Source of the DNA: Vicinamibacterales bacterium | GTDB taxonomy: Bacteria > Acidobacteriota > Vicinamibacteria > Vicinamibacterales > UBA2999 | DNA length: 64,000 nucleotides | Direction of reading: 5' to 3' | Assembly: GCA_041659285.1 (NCBI GenBank) | Contig: JBAZYO010000005.1 | Location: 83,188-147,187 of the forward strand | Shown here: in pieces, positions 1-10,090 of the stretch | Layout: the number at the start of each line of letters is the position of its first letter | Numbering within the stretch: position 1 is the stretch's first letter | The notes under the pieces: generated by a model | What the model was told of the DNA's origin: nothing | Seen by the model: the letters and a program-made list of their open reading frames with translations, nothing else | Database searches by the model: none | Translations under genes and position numbers: made by a program

Positions 1-1
1 A

Positions 2-679
2 GAGATCCACCCCGGATATCAGTTCACGATCCGCAAGATCCGACAGGCAGTGGCTCACCTGACTCCGGACGCGAACCGTGCGATCGACGTCGGCTGTGGA
101 GCCGGCTATCTACTCGTCGACTTGCAGCGGCGGGGTTTCGAATGCCTGGGCATCGACTTCAACGAAGATCTCGTCCGGGTCGCCAACGAGCGCTTCGGCG
201 TACCGGCGCGCGTGGACGATGTGCGAAATCTTGCCAAGATTGGTGCACGTTTCGATGTGGCGCTGCTGTCGCACGTTCTGGAGCACGTCGATGATCCCCT
301 CGGCTTACTTCGGCACATTCATCAGATTCTTAGTCCTGGAGGACTTCTAGTAATCGAAATCCCCAATCGGAATTGGTACAGCGTCGGCCACTCGCTGAGA
401 AATGGGACCTGCACGTGGAATAACTACCCGCCGCACCACATTACGTTCTGGTCGACAGCTTCGCTCCGCAAGGCCCTCACACATGCCGGATTCTCGGTCG
501 TGGAGTGCATCCCCAGACCCTTTGAAGACATGGGCCGCATCGACCGATTTGTGACCGGGCGACTGGGATTGTCGAAGGGTCCTCTCTACAGTTTCGTGTC
601 GTCGATACTAAGCCTGGTTGGTCGGGCAGCCAAGCTCGAGGGCTCGACGCTACACGCGATAGCCCGGAGCCAGAGCTGA
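2..679 (+). CDS. class I SAM-dependent methyltransferase, 5' end probably outside window
   Basis: The frame of ORF 50..679 stays open back to nt 2. SAM motif I 'IDVGCGAGY' is present, as is 'VALLSHVLEHVDDP' (Methyltransf_11-like). Confidence 0.8.
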   Translation, partial: EIHPGYQFTIRKIRQAVAHLTPDANRAIDVGCGAGYLLVDLQRRGFECLGIDFNEDLVRVANERFGVPARVDDVRNLAKIGARFDVALLSHVLEHVDDPLGLLRHIHQILSPGGLLVIEIPNRNWYSVGHSLRNGTCTWNNYPPHHITFWSTASLRKALTHAGFSVVECIPRPFEDMGRIDRFVTGRLGLSKGPLYSFVSSILSLVGRAAKLEGSTLHAIARSQS

Positions 680-689
680 GAGTGGGGTA

Positions 690-1448
690 TCAGTGTGATG
701 TGCGAGCAGTGTGTCGGGCGGTTTGACCAATTTCATCTCGTACCGCTGCGCGGAAAGCCACGCGAGAGTACGCCGTTTGACGCCGTCGCCGTGGCAAGCG
801 ATCAGCAGGGGGGCGTGCTCGCTGGATCAATTTCGCCATCCCAAGCAGCGCCTCCTCTTCGGCGCCTTCGATGTCCATCTTTATGAAGACCGGATCGGGC
901 AGGTCGATGTCGTCCAACGCGACAATGCGCACGGGATCACCAGCGAAGGCGATGTGCCTAACTGACGGATCGTCATCCTGACTCAGAAACCCGCTACCAG
1001 ACTGAGCGCCAACTGCCACAGGGTAAATCGTGACGCGGGATTCCAGATGATTCATTGCCACATGCTGAGTGAGATCGGAGGGGTTGGGCTCAAAAGCATA
1101 AACATGGCCGGCCTTCGAGAGCCGGGCGAGCGTGTAGTAGCCCGCATGGGCGCCAAGATCGAAGACCACGGAACCCAGAGGAATATGCGGCAGGACCGCA
1201 GCCAGAATGGCGCGATCGTAGACGCCTACCCACGCGCGGCGCATCGTCGAGCCAAGTCGCCAGCGACATCCCCTAGCCGGACCGCTCAGGATCGGCAGGG
1301 TCAGGGACGACGGAAGCAAACCAAGCGGCCAACGCAGGGCCCGGCCAAGGGGACGATTGCCGGACAGGCAGCGATCCAGGAGATCATCCATCTCGGCGAC
1401 TCTAGCACGCAGGGCGGCGGGTGCTTCGGCGGGTCGGCAGGCGTTCAC
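690..1448 (-). CDS. FkbM family methyltransferase, probable frameshift in 3' part
   Basis: FkbM signatures 'VFDLGAHAGYYT', 'VYAFEPNP' and 'IKMDIEGAEEEAL'. The last ~40 aa are Arg-rich nonsense; a better C-terminus lies in another frame after the G6 run at 808-813. Confidence 0.75.
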   Translation of the reverse strand: MNACRPAEAPAALRARVAEMDDLLDRCLSGNRPLGRALRWPLGLLPSSLTLPILSGPARGCRWRLGSTMRRAWVGVYDRAILAAVLPHIPLGSVVFDLGAHAGYYTLARLSKAGHVYAFEPNPSDLTQHVAMNHLESRVTIYPVAVGAQSGSGFLSQDDDPSVRHIAFAGDPVRIVALDDIDLPDPVFIKMDIEGAEEEALLGMAKLIQRARPPADRLPRRRRQTAYSRVAFRAAVRDEIGQTARHTARTSH

Positions 1449-1510
1449 AATATCGAGATGAACCGGCTCGAAGGCTCAACCCTTGCCGCCGTGGCCCTTC
1501 GAAACAGTTG

Positions 1511-2491
1511 ATGCCCAAGGTCACCATCGCCATTCCGACGTACGATCGCCCTGCCTTGCTCAAACAGGCAATCCAGAGCGTTCTTCTTCAGACCTATCAG
1601 GATTACGAAGTCATTGTTAGCGACGACGGTTCGAACTCGGAGACCGTCGAGGTCGCCCGAAGCACAGGCGACCCCCGCGTTAAGTATCGGCGTACAGCCG
1701 GAAAACTCGGCGTGCCCAGGCATTTCAACGAATGCGTCAGGATCGCCCAGGGCGAACTCTTCGCCTTGCTACCAGACGACGACCTTTATGCTCCGCAGTA
1801 CCTTCAACGGATGGTTGCGGCTCTCGAATTGAACCCCACGACAGGTTTTGCCCAAGCTGGATTCTACGCTGTGGACCAGGACCTCCGCTGCATCCAGGAG
1901 ATGCTCTCCTCAAATTCAGGCTTCACGGCAGCCGGCGAAGATGCGTTGGTCTGGCAACTCAAGACATTGACTTGTAATCCTGTTGCGCTGGTCTACCGCC
2001 GCAGCGCGATGCTGGCCGTCGGGCTATGGCGCGAAGACGAGGGTTATTTCGACGACTGGGCGTTCGCGGTTCGTGTCGCGTACCGCCACGGCTTTATCTT
2101 TGTCCCCGAACTCCTGGCGTGCGTCCGGAGGCACGACGGCAACCTATCCGCCGACATGCAAAAGCCCGGCGTTGATCACGTCGTTCGCATCGTAAACCAG
2201 CAGGCGGATGTATTCCGTGAGGCTGGGGCCGTGACAGATCGACTCCTCGAAGTGCGCGCGCGTCTCTCGCGCGAGTGCAGCCACCGGTCGATCATTGCGG
2301 CTCTGCGGTGCGGCATAGCCGGCGATTGGGAGTCGGCTCACCGAGCGATCCAACTGGCCAGAGCGCTCAATCCGCTGGCGGGGCTTGATCCAGGGGTAAT
2401 CGCATTCGGGCTCAGGAATCTCCGGGCCAGAAAGCAGGAGTCGGCCCTGCGGCTCGCCGCTCGTTCGAAACGTCCTGTCCTGGCATTGTGA
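1511..2491 (+). CDS. glycosyltransferase family 2
   Basis: 'KVTIAIPTYDRPALLKQAIQSVLLQTYQDYEVIVSDDGS'. ATG 1511 is preferred over the longer ORF start at 1421. Confidence 0.85.
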   Translation: MPKVTIAIPTYDRPALLKQAIQSVLLQTYQDYEVIVSDDGSNSETVEVARSTGDPRVKYRRTAGKLGVPRHFNECVRIAQGELFALLPDDDLYAPQYLQRMVAALELNPTTGFAQAGFYAVDQDLRCIQEMLSSNSGFTAAGEDALVWQLKTLTCNPVALVYRRSAMLAVGLWREDEGYFDDWAFAVRVAYRHGFIFVPELLACVRRHDGNLSADMQKPGVDHVVRIVNQQADVFREAGAVTDRLLEVRARLSRECSHRSIIAALRCGIAGDWESAHRAIQLARALNPLAGLDPGVIAFGLRNLRARKQESALRLAARSKRPVLAL

Positions 2492-3987
2492 GTACCGCCA
2501 GTGGAAGCCGGTGGATTCATGTGGCCCGTGAATCCACGCTCAGCCTTGGCGGATCGATTGGCGGCTTGGGCCTCGGATTCGCGACCAAGATCCTGCTGGC
2601 GCGAACACTGACGCCCGCGGACCTCGGTGTGCTCGTGATAGCCCAGACGATCGTGAGCGTTGGAGTCACGGTCGGGCAGATGAATCTGCCGGATGCCGTC
2701 GCCAGGTTCGTTGCGGTCCACGCGGACGAACCGACGTTGCAGAAAGCCAGGGGTGTGGTGGACCGTGCCATCTGGACCGGCGGTACCACCGCGGGCATTG
2801 CGGCCTTCATCATCGTTCTTGTCACCTATGTGGCCGGCCAGGGGACCTCAGAGTGTCAGCCGCTGAGAGACACGATCATCATCCTGGCGTTGTCCATCCC
2901 TTTCGTCGCATTGGCCGAGATCCTGGGCGCCGGCTTCCGCGGGATCAATCGCCTGTGGGTTAAGGTTCTCTGGATCGACGTTGCGAAAGCCGTCTGGATC
3001 GCGCTGGCCCTCGCTTCATTGACACTGCTCCACATCACCTCCCTGCGTGCAGTGAGCGTCGTGTACGTGAGTGGCGCGTTGCTGTCACTGCTCGTGACCA
3101 GCGCCTACTACCTGCTGCGACAGGAATGGCGCGTCAGCCCGACAGTTTTTGCGCGCGCCGACCTTCTGAGGTATGGCTTGCCCCTTCTGATCGGTGGCCT
3201 AGTCAGCCTTCCAATGAGCTTCATCCCCCTGTTGCTCGGGAAGACGACATCGGCAGGTGACGTCGCCCAGTACGCGGTCGCGATGTCTCTCACCAGCTTT
3301 GTATACATGCCTACCGGGGCTCTCGACACGGCCGCCCTACCAATGTGGGCAAGGCGCACATCGGCGTCGCCAAAGGAACTGGTCGAAGACTACGTGTTCG
3401 TATCGCGCTGGTGCTTCATCAGCGCAGCGTTGATTGCCGCGCCGTTGTTGCTCTCGACAGAGCGAGTGTTGGCCTGGTCTTTCGGACCGCAATACCTCGC
3501 GGCAGCATGGGTTGTCCAGGCGGTGTGCGTTTTGATTCTCTTGAATGCGTCAACAGGTCCGAACGAGAGCTTGCTCAGGGCGTTCGGCAGGACGCGCCAG
3601 ATCATGGTCTCTCGGATGTTACAGGGCATCAGCGTCGTGTGCATTGGTCCCTTTCTGATTGGGCGCTGGGGGCTAGCGGGAGCTGTCGGAACCTATGCCA
3701 TCGCCCAAATCATTGGAAACGCCGTCTACCAGTTCTATTTGCTGCGGCTTCAACGCATTCACTTACTACAACCGACCTACGTGAAGACTGTCTCGGCGGT
3801 GCTGCTGGCTTTTGCCGCAAGTTGGTATGTCGCGACCTACCTCAGCGGATCGCCCATCCATATCTTCACGATCAGCGGCGGATTTGCTGCGACTCTCGCT
3901 GTACTCCTAACGACCTCTGGCGCCATATCGCATCGTGATTGGGATGCACTTCGGAGTGCATACACTCGATTGAGGCTCGCGTGGTGA
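2488..3987 (+). CDS. polysaccharide flippase (Wzx/MOP-like polytopic membrane protein)
   Basis: 499 aa and hydrophobic throughout, with many predicted TM segments. GTG 2488 overlaps the upstream stop (GTGA). Sits in a glycan-locus context. Confidence 0.7.
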   Translation: MSTASGSRWIHVARESTLSLGGSIGGLGLGFATKILLARTLTPADLGVLVIAQTIVSVGVTVGQMNLPDAVARFVAVHADEPTLQKARGVVDRAIWTGGTTAGIAAFIIVLVTYVAGQGTSECQPLRDTIIILALSIPFVALAEILGAGFRGINRLWVKVLWIDVAKAVWIALALASLTLLHITSLRAVSVVYVSGALLSLLVTSAYYLLRQEWRVSPTVFARADLLRYGLPLLIGGLVSLPMSFIPLLLGKTTSAGDVAQYAVAMSLTSFVYMPTGALDTAALPMWARRTSASPKELVEDYVFVSRWCFISAALIAAPLLLSTERVLAWSFGPQYLAAAWVVQAVCVLILLNASTGPNESLLRAFGRTRQIMVSRMLQGISVVCIGPFLIGRWGLAGAVGTYAIAQIIGNAVYQFYLLRLQRIHLLQPTYVKTVSAVLLAFAASWYVATYLSGSPIHIFTISGGFAATLAVLLTTSGAISHRDWDALRSAYTRLRLAW

Positions 3988-5366
3988 AACTATTCTCCCG
4001 GAGTCACGCAGGAGGCGTGTCGCATCCGGGGATGCAGCCGAACGCAGGTATTGACTGGCTATCGCCACCATCGCTCCTGGCGGCAGCGTATGTAGTCGGC
4101 TTCGGTTTCAGTGTCGTCGACGGTCTGGTCGAGGGGGCGAATCCGTCGCTCATTGGATATCGACTGCGCTGGGTCTTTGACTACGACACTGGCCTTTCCT
4201 TGGGAGCACTGCTCTACCTCCTTTTGGGATACGCACTGTTCCTGCTCGGGTATCGACTGCGGCTCGCAGCCATCGTGGCGCCCGCTCGAAATGTCCAGAA
4301 CCGTGCGATGGCGACGCGGCTGGCGTCGGCAGTCACGACAATCGCGTTCATCGCGACGTTCGGGACGCTCGTTGCGTACACGGCATCTGTCGGGTACGGA
4401 CGGTACGTCGCGCTGGACGACACCGGGCAAAGCGGCCTGGAAAACTTGAGCTTGCTCGGAGAACTGTCCATCCTGCCGTTCTCGCTCGGCATGTACCGGT
4501 TCGCAATCTGGCGCCGGACGAAGGGCGCAGCCTACATGTCTCTCTTCGATCGCGCGTTCACATGGGCCATCATGCTGCCCCTCCAAGTGGGCCTGTCAGT
4601 CTTCATCGGCTCCCGTTCGCGAGCCCTTACCATGGTGCTGGTCACCGTGGGCGCATTCCACTATGGCTACCGCCGATTGACTGCGCGCTTGATCCTCGTT
4701 CTTATAGCGTTCTGTGTTCTTGTTGTCCTGCCTGGCATCAGCATCCTTCGCCTCGACGCTGATAATAGGCCGAAGCTGGAGCCATCGTTGTTGTGGGAGA
4801 ACATGATGGAGCGAGGTTCGTCTCTCGAGTCTTTCACTGTCATTTTCGCCAATCTCAACGCGGCGCCAACTCCGGACCCGCTGTGGCTGACCGTCGCCAC
4901 CGGGCTTGTGCCAAGGGCCATTTGGTCCGAGAAACCGATGGCGACGACCGCCAGCCGATTCAGTGATTGGGCCAGTGGGCGAAGGACCGTCGGACTTTCT
5001 CCTCCCCTTCCCGGCGAGCTCCTGCTGCACTTCGGCTATGTCGGTGGATTGGTCGCGATGTTCGCGTTGGGTCTTGTATGGCGACTCATCTTCATTCGCT
5101 GGGGACCATCGTGCGAGCGCGCCAGTGCGGATTCGAGAGGCTTCCTCTACATTGCGCTGATGCCGACGTTCCTGTCACTCGACGCAGGTTTCGTGAATCC
5201 ATACAGCGTCCTGATTCGATTCCTGGTAGTCGGTGTGCCGATGCTCATTGTCTGCCAGAAGCCCGCATATCTCGAAGCCCGAGCGCCCGCGAGCCGCCGC
5301 GGCAGAACCTCGCGCCGGTCGGTCCCGCAACCGGCTAGCAGCAGGAAAACATGGAGGGTCGAGTGA
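3984..5366 (+). CDS. polytopic membrane protein, O-antigen/repeat-unit polymerase-like (Wzy-like)
   Basis: Multi-TM protein with no soluble domain, lying between the flippase and transferases. Start uncertain (GTG 3984 overlapping the flippase stop, or ATG 4032). Function assigned by context only. Confidence 0.55.
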   Translation: MKLFSRSHAGGVSHPGMQPNAGIDWLSPPSLLAAAYVVGFGFSVVDGLVEGANPSLIGYRLRWVFDYDTGLSLGALLYLLLGYALFLLGYRLRLAAIVAPARNVQNRAMATRLASAVTTIAFIATFGTLVAYTASVGYGRYVALDDTGQSGLENLSLLGELSILPFSLGMYRFAIWRRTKGAAYMSLFDRAFTWAIMLPLQVGLSVFIGSRSRALTMVLVTVGAFHYGYRRLTARLILVLIAFCVLVVLPGISILRLDADNRPKLEPSLLWENMMERGSSLESFTVIFANLNAAPTPDPLWLTVATGLVPRAIWSEKPMATTASRFSDWASGRRTVGLSPPLPGELLLHFGYVGGLVAMFALGLVWRLIFIRWGPSCERASADSRGFLYIALMPTFLSLDAGFVNPYSVLIRFLVVGVPMLIVCQKPAYLEARAPASRRGRTSRRSVPQPASSRKTWRVE

Positions 5367-6223
5367 AGCCCGCCACGCTCGACGCGCATGAGACCCGATT
5401 CGAGGTCGGTCCGGCTCGCGACCTGTCGCTCGTGTCTCGACTCCTGAAGTGGCTGCTGAGTTTCTCGATTTGTACGACGAACCTCGGCCTGGGAAATGCC
5501 GCGCGGATTCAGCTTTTCGCACGCGCCTCGGCGAAGGTCAGAGCGATTTGGATTCCTGGCTTTCCTAAACCATTCCACTTCCGCGGTTCCGCAGACCGTG
5601 GCGTCATGAGCCATTTCTTCAAAGAGTCCTGGTGTATCCAGGACACCGACGGGCGGCCGGTGCGATCTATTGTCGACTGCGGGGCGAACATCGGAGACGA
5701 AACCGTCAAGTTATGGTTGCGGTATCCGAAAGCGACGATCGTTGCGGTGGAGCCCGATGCTCTCAACTGCTCCTTTCTACAGCGAAACGTCTCGGGACTG
5801 GATCGAATCATCGTCAAACACGCGGGCGTGTGGCACAGGAACGCCAAACTGAGTGTAATCGCGGGAGAGAGTTACGAAGCGTTCACCGTACACGAAAACC
5901 TGTCGGAAGAGTCATTACAGGAACAAGTGCCTGCGGTCACCATTCCCGAACTGATGGAAGAGCAAGGGTGGTCTACGATCGATATTCTAAAACTAGATAT
6001 TGAAGGCGCCGATCTCGACCTCTTTCAACATTCGTCCGGCTGGATCCATCAGATTAACGTCATCGTCGTCGAGGCCAACGACGCCCAACGGCTGCGTTCG
6101 ACCGCCGCCCTTTTCGAGGCGACGGCCGCAGAGGAATTCGACGCATTCATCCACGGAGAAAACCACGTCCTCATCCGTCGTGGACTCGGCTGGACGCTGG
6201 CGCCACGATTCAGAATTGCGTAG
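5351..6223 (+). CDS. FkbM family methyltransferase
   Basis: 'VDCGANIGDETV', 'VAVEPDALN' and 'LKLDIEGADLDLF'. Confidence 0.8.
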   Translation: MEGRVKPATLDAHETRFEVGPARDLSLVSRLLKWLLSFSICTTNLGLGNAARIQLFARASAKVRAIWIPGFPKPFHFRGSADRGVMSHFFKESWCIQDTDGRPVRSIVDCGANIGDETVKLWLRYPKATIVAVEPDALNCSFLQRNVSGLDRIIVKHAGVWHRNAKLSVIAGESYEAFTVHENLSEESLQEQVPAVTIPELMEEQGWSTIDILKLDIEGADLDLFQHSSGWIHQINVIVVEANDAQRLRSTAALFEATAAEEFDAFIHGENHVLIRRGLGWTLAPRFRIA

Positions 6224-6233
6224 CTGCTAAAAG

Positions 6234-6827
6234 ATGAGACCAGCCGTCGCGCGTTTCTATTGGGACCAGCTCGGGGAATCGCAACGGGTTCTTGACCTTG
6301 GATGTGGCGAAGGCGCGATCGGCGCGCTGAAGCCGCACAATCGTGAAGTGCACGGCCTTGAGATTAGGCCCGAACTCGTTGTTCGCCTTAAGGGTTACGC
6401 GAGTGCCTCGGTGTGGGACCTCGACGCGCCAGCGCCCTTGCCGTTCGCCGACGGTCACTTCGATGCCGTGGTGGCCAAGGACATTCTCGAGCATCTTCAG
6501 CGTCCGTGGCAGACCGCGGCTGAGTTGCATCGCGTGCTCCGACCCGGTGGCATCGTTCTGGCCTCCGTAATCTGTCATCGGAGCCGACGCGTCTGGTCCG
6601 ACTACACACACGTTCGGGGGTTCACAAGGGCAACCGCTAGGCAGCTGTTTACTGACGCCGGGTTCGAGGTTCCTAAGGTGTGGAGAATGGGCGGCGTCCC
6701 CGCCTCAGCAAGACTGAACGCCATTCACCTCGTCCCAAAGCTGCTCGCTATCCCTCCTTTCGACTGGATATGGACGAGTAGCTACGAACTCATTGCGCAA
6801 AAGCCCTTGGAACCAGGTCCCGGTTGA
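6234..6827 (+). CDS. class I SAM-dependent methyltransferase
   Basis: 'RVLDLGCGEGAIG', 'DAVVAKDILEHL' and 'LRPGGIVL'. Confidence 0.8.
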   Translation: MRPAVARFYWDQLGESQRVLDLGCGEGAIGALKPHNREVHGLEIRPELVVRLKGYASASVWDLDAPAPLPFADGHFDAVVAKDILEHLQRPWQTAAELHRVLRPGGIVLASVICHRSRRVWSDYTHVRGFTRATARQLFTDAGFEVPKVWRMGGVPASARLNAIHLVPKLLAIPPFDWIWTSSYELIAQKPLEPGPG

Positions 6828-8086
6828 GCGCTCGCTCGTCATCTCTGGTTTCCGTCGGTTCCCGCCGGGCGCTGCTGCTTGGCGGCGTTACAGCTGACGG
6901 CAGCGCCAGCATGAAGCGCTACGCCCGTGAGCTCTCGTCAGCAATGTCAGCAGTTGCCCAGGCGGGATGGGCTCTTGGGCTTGTCCAGCCGGTTCAGCGA
7001 CGGTGGCTCTCGGCGCTATGGAAAAGCAAACACGCTGAAAGGCTCGACAGCGCAGTGGCTCGGTACGTCACGTATCCCCTGACCCTTCGCAGCCGGGATG
7101 CTGACGTGTTCCATGTGCTGGACCATGGGTACGGTCACTTGGTGAGGGCGCTTGACCCGGCTCGAACGATTGTCACCTGCCACGACCTTATTCCGCTCCT
7201 CAGTGCCCACCGGCGAGTTCCAATGAGTGTTCCCGCAAGTGTCGTGACGACATTCAGATTTCGAATCAGGGAAATGGCTCGCGCAAGCAAGATCCTGGCC
7301 GACTCTGTGGCCACTCGAGACAGCTTGCTGGAGTACACGGATATTCCAGCGTCTCGCATCGTTGTCATTCCACTCGGGGTAAGCCAGTGCTTCGCACCTT
7401 GTGAGCCGTGGCAGGCTCATGCCATCAGGCGGCGACTTAACGTAAGCACGGATACGAAGGTCGTGCTGCAAGTTGCCACCCGCGGCCGCTACAAGAACAC
7501 GCCATGTCTGCTTCGCGCCCTCGCGAAGCTGCGACACCAGCTTGGTCCAGCCGTAATCCTCGCGAGAGTTGGTGTGCCGCTTTATGAAGACGAGGTTGCA
7601 TTGGCACACCGTCTCGCTGTCATGGACGGGATCCGATCCATTGGCTTCGTCCCGGACGACCGGACGCTTGCCGATTGGTATCGGGCTGCTACTGTCCTGG
7701 CGTTTCCATCATTATGGGAGGGGTTCGGCTGGCCGCCCCTGGAGGCGATGGCATCGGGCACGCCGGTTGTGGCGTCCGCCATCCCATCGGTCTGCGCAAC
7801 GGTAGGGCAAGCGGCAGACCTCGTAGATCCAGAAGACGACGACGCATTAGCGGGAGCGCTGGAGCGAATCATCACAGACGCCGATCATGCTATGCAACTT
7901 CGGTCCAAGGGCCTTGAGCAAGCCAAGGAGTTTACTTGGGATCAGACTGCGAGGCTCACGCTCGCTGTCTACGATGAAGTTTCCGGCACGACCACTTCCG
8001 CCGACGCTCTCTTGGACAAGCGTCTCGGATGTTTGACGGGACCGACGCCGCCAGACGTGGGTGCCCACGGCCCACCGACATGCTAA
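6824..8086 (+). CDS. glycosyltransferase family 4
   Basis: C-terminal GT1/GT4 motif 'EGFGWPPLEAMASGTPVVAS'. TTG 6824 overlaps the upstream stop; start uncertain. Confidence 0.8.
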   Translation: MSARSSSLVSVGSRRALLLGGVTADGSASMKRYARELSSAMSAVAQAGWALGLVQPVQRRWLSALWKSKHAERLDSAVARYVTYPLTLRSRDADVFHVLDHGYGHLVRALDPARTIVTCHDLIPLLSAHRRVPMSVPASVVTTFRFRIREMARASKILADSVATRDSLLEYTDIPASRIVVIPLGVSQCFAPCEPWQAHAIRRRLNVSTDTKVVLQVATRGRYKNTPCLLRALAKLRHQLGPAVILARVGVPLYEDEVALAHRLAVMDGIRSIGFVPDDRTLADWYRAATVLAFPSLWEGFGWPPLEAMASGTPVVASAIPSVCATVGQAADLVDPEDDDALAGALERIITDADHAMQLRSKGLEQAKEFTWDQTARLTLAVYDEVSGTTTSADALLDKRLGCLTGPTPPDVGAHGPPTC

Positions 8087-9300
8087 GAGTCCTTGGGTTC
8101 TGTGAAGGTGCGCGAGTTGATACGGGAGGCATTGGGCTGATTGGTGTTCCGCTCATTCATCAAGCCCTGGCTGACCACGGGCACAATGATGTGCTGGCAA
8201 TCGGCGGACAACCGATGCCATCGGCCCATTCGATGCTTCATGAGACCATCGGTGACATTCTTGATTCGACCAGGACCGGTCACGCCGGAGTCGTCTCGTT
8301 CCCGGCGATAGGCCGCTGGTGCTTTTCGCCCGCCCTGTACCTCGCGGCCCTGGCCGGTGCCCCACGCGCCGACTTCATCACCCTTCATTCGATGTACTCG
8401 TTCCCGGTACTTGCTGGCTACGTTGCGGCGAAGCGCTTTGGGAAGCCGTTCGGATTATGGCCGCATGGCGTGTTTGCACCGGTCCAGCGCGAAGTCGGGA
8501 GGGCAAGAAAGGTGGTCTACGACACAATGGTCGGCCGGCGGATCCTTGACGACGCGTCGGTGCTCTTTTACAGCGCTGAAGGAGAACGCGACGAGGCGAG
8601 GCCGCTTGGGCTGAAGGCGCCCTCGGTTGTGATCCCGCACGGGATCGATGCACGCCAATTTGCCAATCTGCCCGCCCGCGGTGCGTTCCGCCAGAAACAC
8701 ATGGCTGGCCATCAGGGACCACTGGTGCTTTACCTCGGTCGCCTGAACGTCAAGAAAGGCCTGGACCTCCTCGTGGAATCGATCGCGCGGGTCGTAAGAG
8801 AGATACCAGATGTTCGCCTGGCCATTGCCGGAGGTGGTCATCCAGCATCTTTCACTAGCAAGGTGCAGAAGTGGGTGGCACAAGCCGGAATTCAGAAAAC
8901 GACCGTGCTTACTGGGCCGCTCGACGAGAACGAAAAGCTCGCAGCATTCTCCGACTGCGACGTGTTCGTCCTGCCTTCCGCCGCCGAGAACTTCGGCTTT
9001 GCCATGTTCGAGGCTATGGCCAGCGGGCGCGCAGTGGTCTGTTCGAACACAATGAACTACGCCGGCGAGGTCAGTCGTTGCGCCGCCGGGATTGTTGCCG
9101 AGCGAACAGTGGCCAGTTTTGCCGAAGCGATAGGACAGTTGCTTTCTAACTCAGAACAGCGTCTGGCGATGGGTCAAAACGGGCAGAGACTCGCCAGGAA
9201 CTACTCATGGGATACCTGTGGACGCCGGGTCGAAATGACCATCGAGAGCATTCTCACAGGTCAGCCTTTTCCTCTCGAGTTGAAGCCTGATGGGGCATGA
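8080..9300 (+). CDS. glycosyltransferase family 4
   Basis: 'ENFGFAMFEAMASGRAVVCS'. ATG 8080 overlaps the stop of the upstream GT4 (ATGCTAA). Confidence 0.8.
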   Translation: MLRVLGFCEGARVDTGGIGLIGVPLIHQALADHGHNDVLAIGGQPMPSAHSMLHETIGDILDSTRTGHAGVVSFPAIGRWCFSPALYLAALAGAPRADFITLHSMYSFPVLAGYVAAKRFGKPFGLWPHGVFAPVQREVGRARKVVYDTMVGRRILDDASVLFYSAEGERDEARPLGLKAPSVVIPHGIDARQFANLPARGAFRQKHMAGHQGPLVLYLGRLNVKKGLDLLVESIARVVREIPDVRLAIAGGGHPASFTSKVQKWVAQAGIQKTTVLTGPLDENEKLAAFSDCDVFVLPSAAENFGFAMFEAMASGRAVVCSNTMNYAGEVSRCAAGIVAERTVASFAEAIGQLLSNSEQRLAMGQNGQRLARNYSWDTCGRRVEMTIESILTGQPFPLELKPDGA

Positions 9301-10090
9301 AGTTCAAGGCTCATCACCCTTGTCACTAAAACCACTAGCTCGGCGATTTTTGTCGGCCCGCGTCAAGCCCCATCGAATACTTGCCGGCCCTCTTCGTGGC
9401 GCCCGCATCGTAACATCGTGGCACGACTATCCCGGCAGCATCATGGGTCGCACGGAACGAGATCTTCTTGATTGGTTCCAGCAGAACGTGAAGCCTGGCG
9501 AAACCTGGCTCGACGTGGGCGCACATTATGGCTATACAGCCATTGGGCTGTCGAGATTGGTCGGCCCTTCCGGGCGGGTGTTCGCGTTCGAGCCGGTGGT
9601 ATCCACTGCCGGCTGCGTTGCTCAGACCAGGATCCTGAACGGCCTGACACAGGCCACGGTCGTGCCCTGCGGATTAGGGGACCCCGAGAGTCTCGCATGC
9701 TTCAAGCTGCCACTCGAGCGGGGAATGGCTGACCAGACGCTCATTGCCGACGCGGAGCGCTGGTGGGAGTCCATTCAGATTGCGCGCCTCGATTGGTTGT
9801 GGCCGCGACTAAACGGGGGGATCGACGCAATCGATGGTGTGAAGATCGATGTGCAAGGCATGGAGATCGACGCTCTTCGCGGAATGGAAGACCTTCTTCG
9901 GCGGCAGCACCCGAAGTTGGTCATCGAGCTTCACGAGGGAGTCGATCGTACCACGGTCCTCGACCTGCTGGCCCGCACAGGTTATCAGACCCGATGTTGC
10001 GCCATCGAGCCTCAAGGTGACGCAAGATTCAAGGACAACCACAGCTACGCGTTCGTGGCGAACGAAGTCAATCCTTCTTGTGCCCGATGA
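9290..10090 (+). CDS. FkbM family methyltransferase
   Basis: 'WLDVGAHYGYTAIGLS', 'VFAFEP' and 'VKIDVQGMEIDAL'. Confidence 0.8.
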   Translation: MGHEVQGSSPLSLKPLARRFLSARVKPHRILAGPLRGARIVTSWHDYPGSIMGRTERDLLDWFQQNVKPGETWLDVGAHYGYTAIGLSRLVGPSGRVFAFEPVVSTAGCVAQTRILNGLTQATVVPCGLGDPESLACFKLPLERGMADQTLIADAERWWESIQIARLDWLWPRLNGGIDAIDGVKIDVQGMEIDALRGMEDLLRRQHPKLVIELHEGVDRTTVLDLLARTGYQTRCCAIEPQGDARFKDNHSYAFVANEVNPSCAR

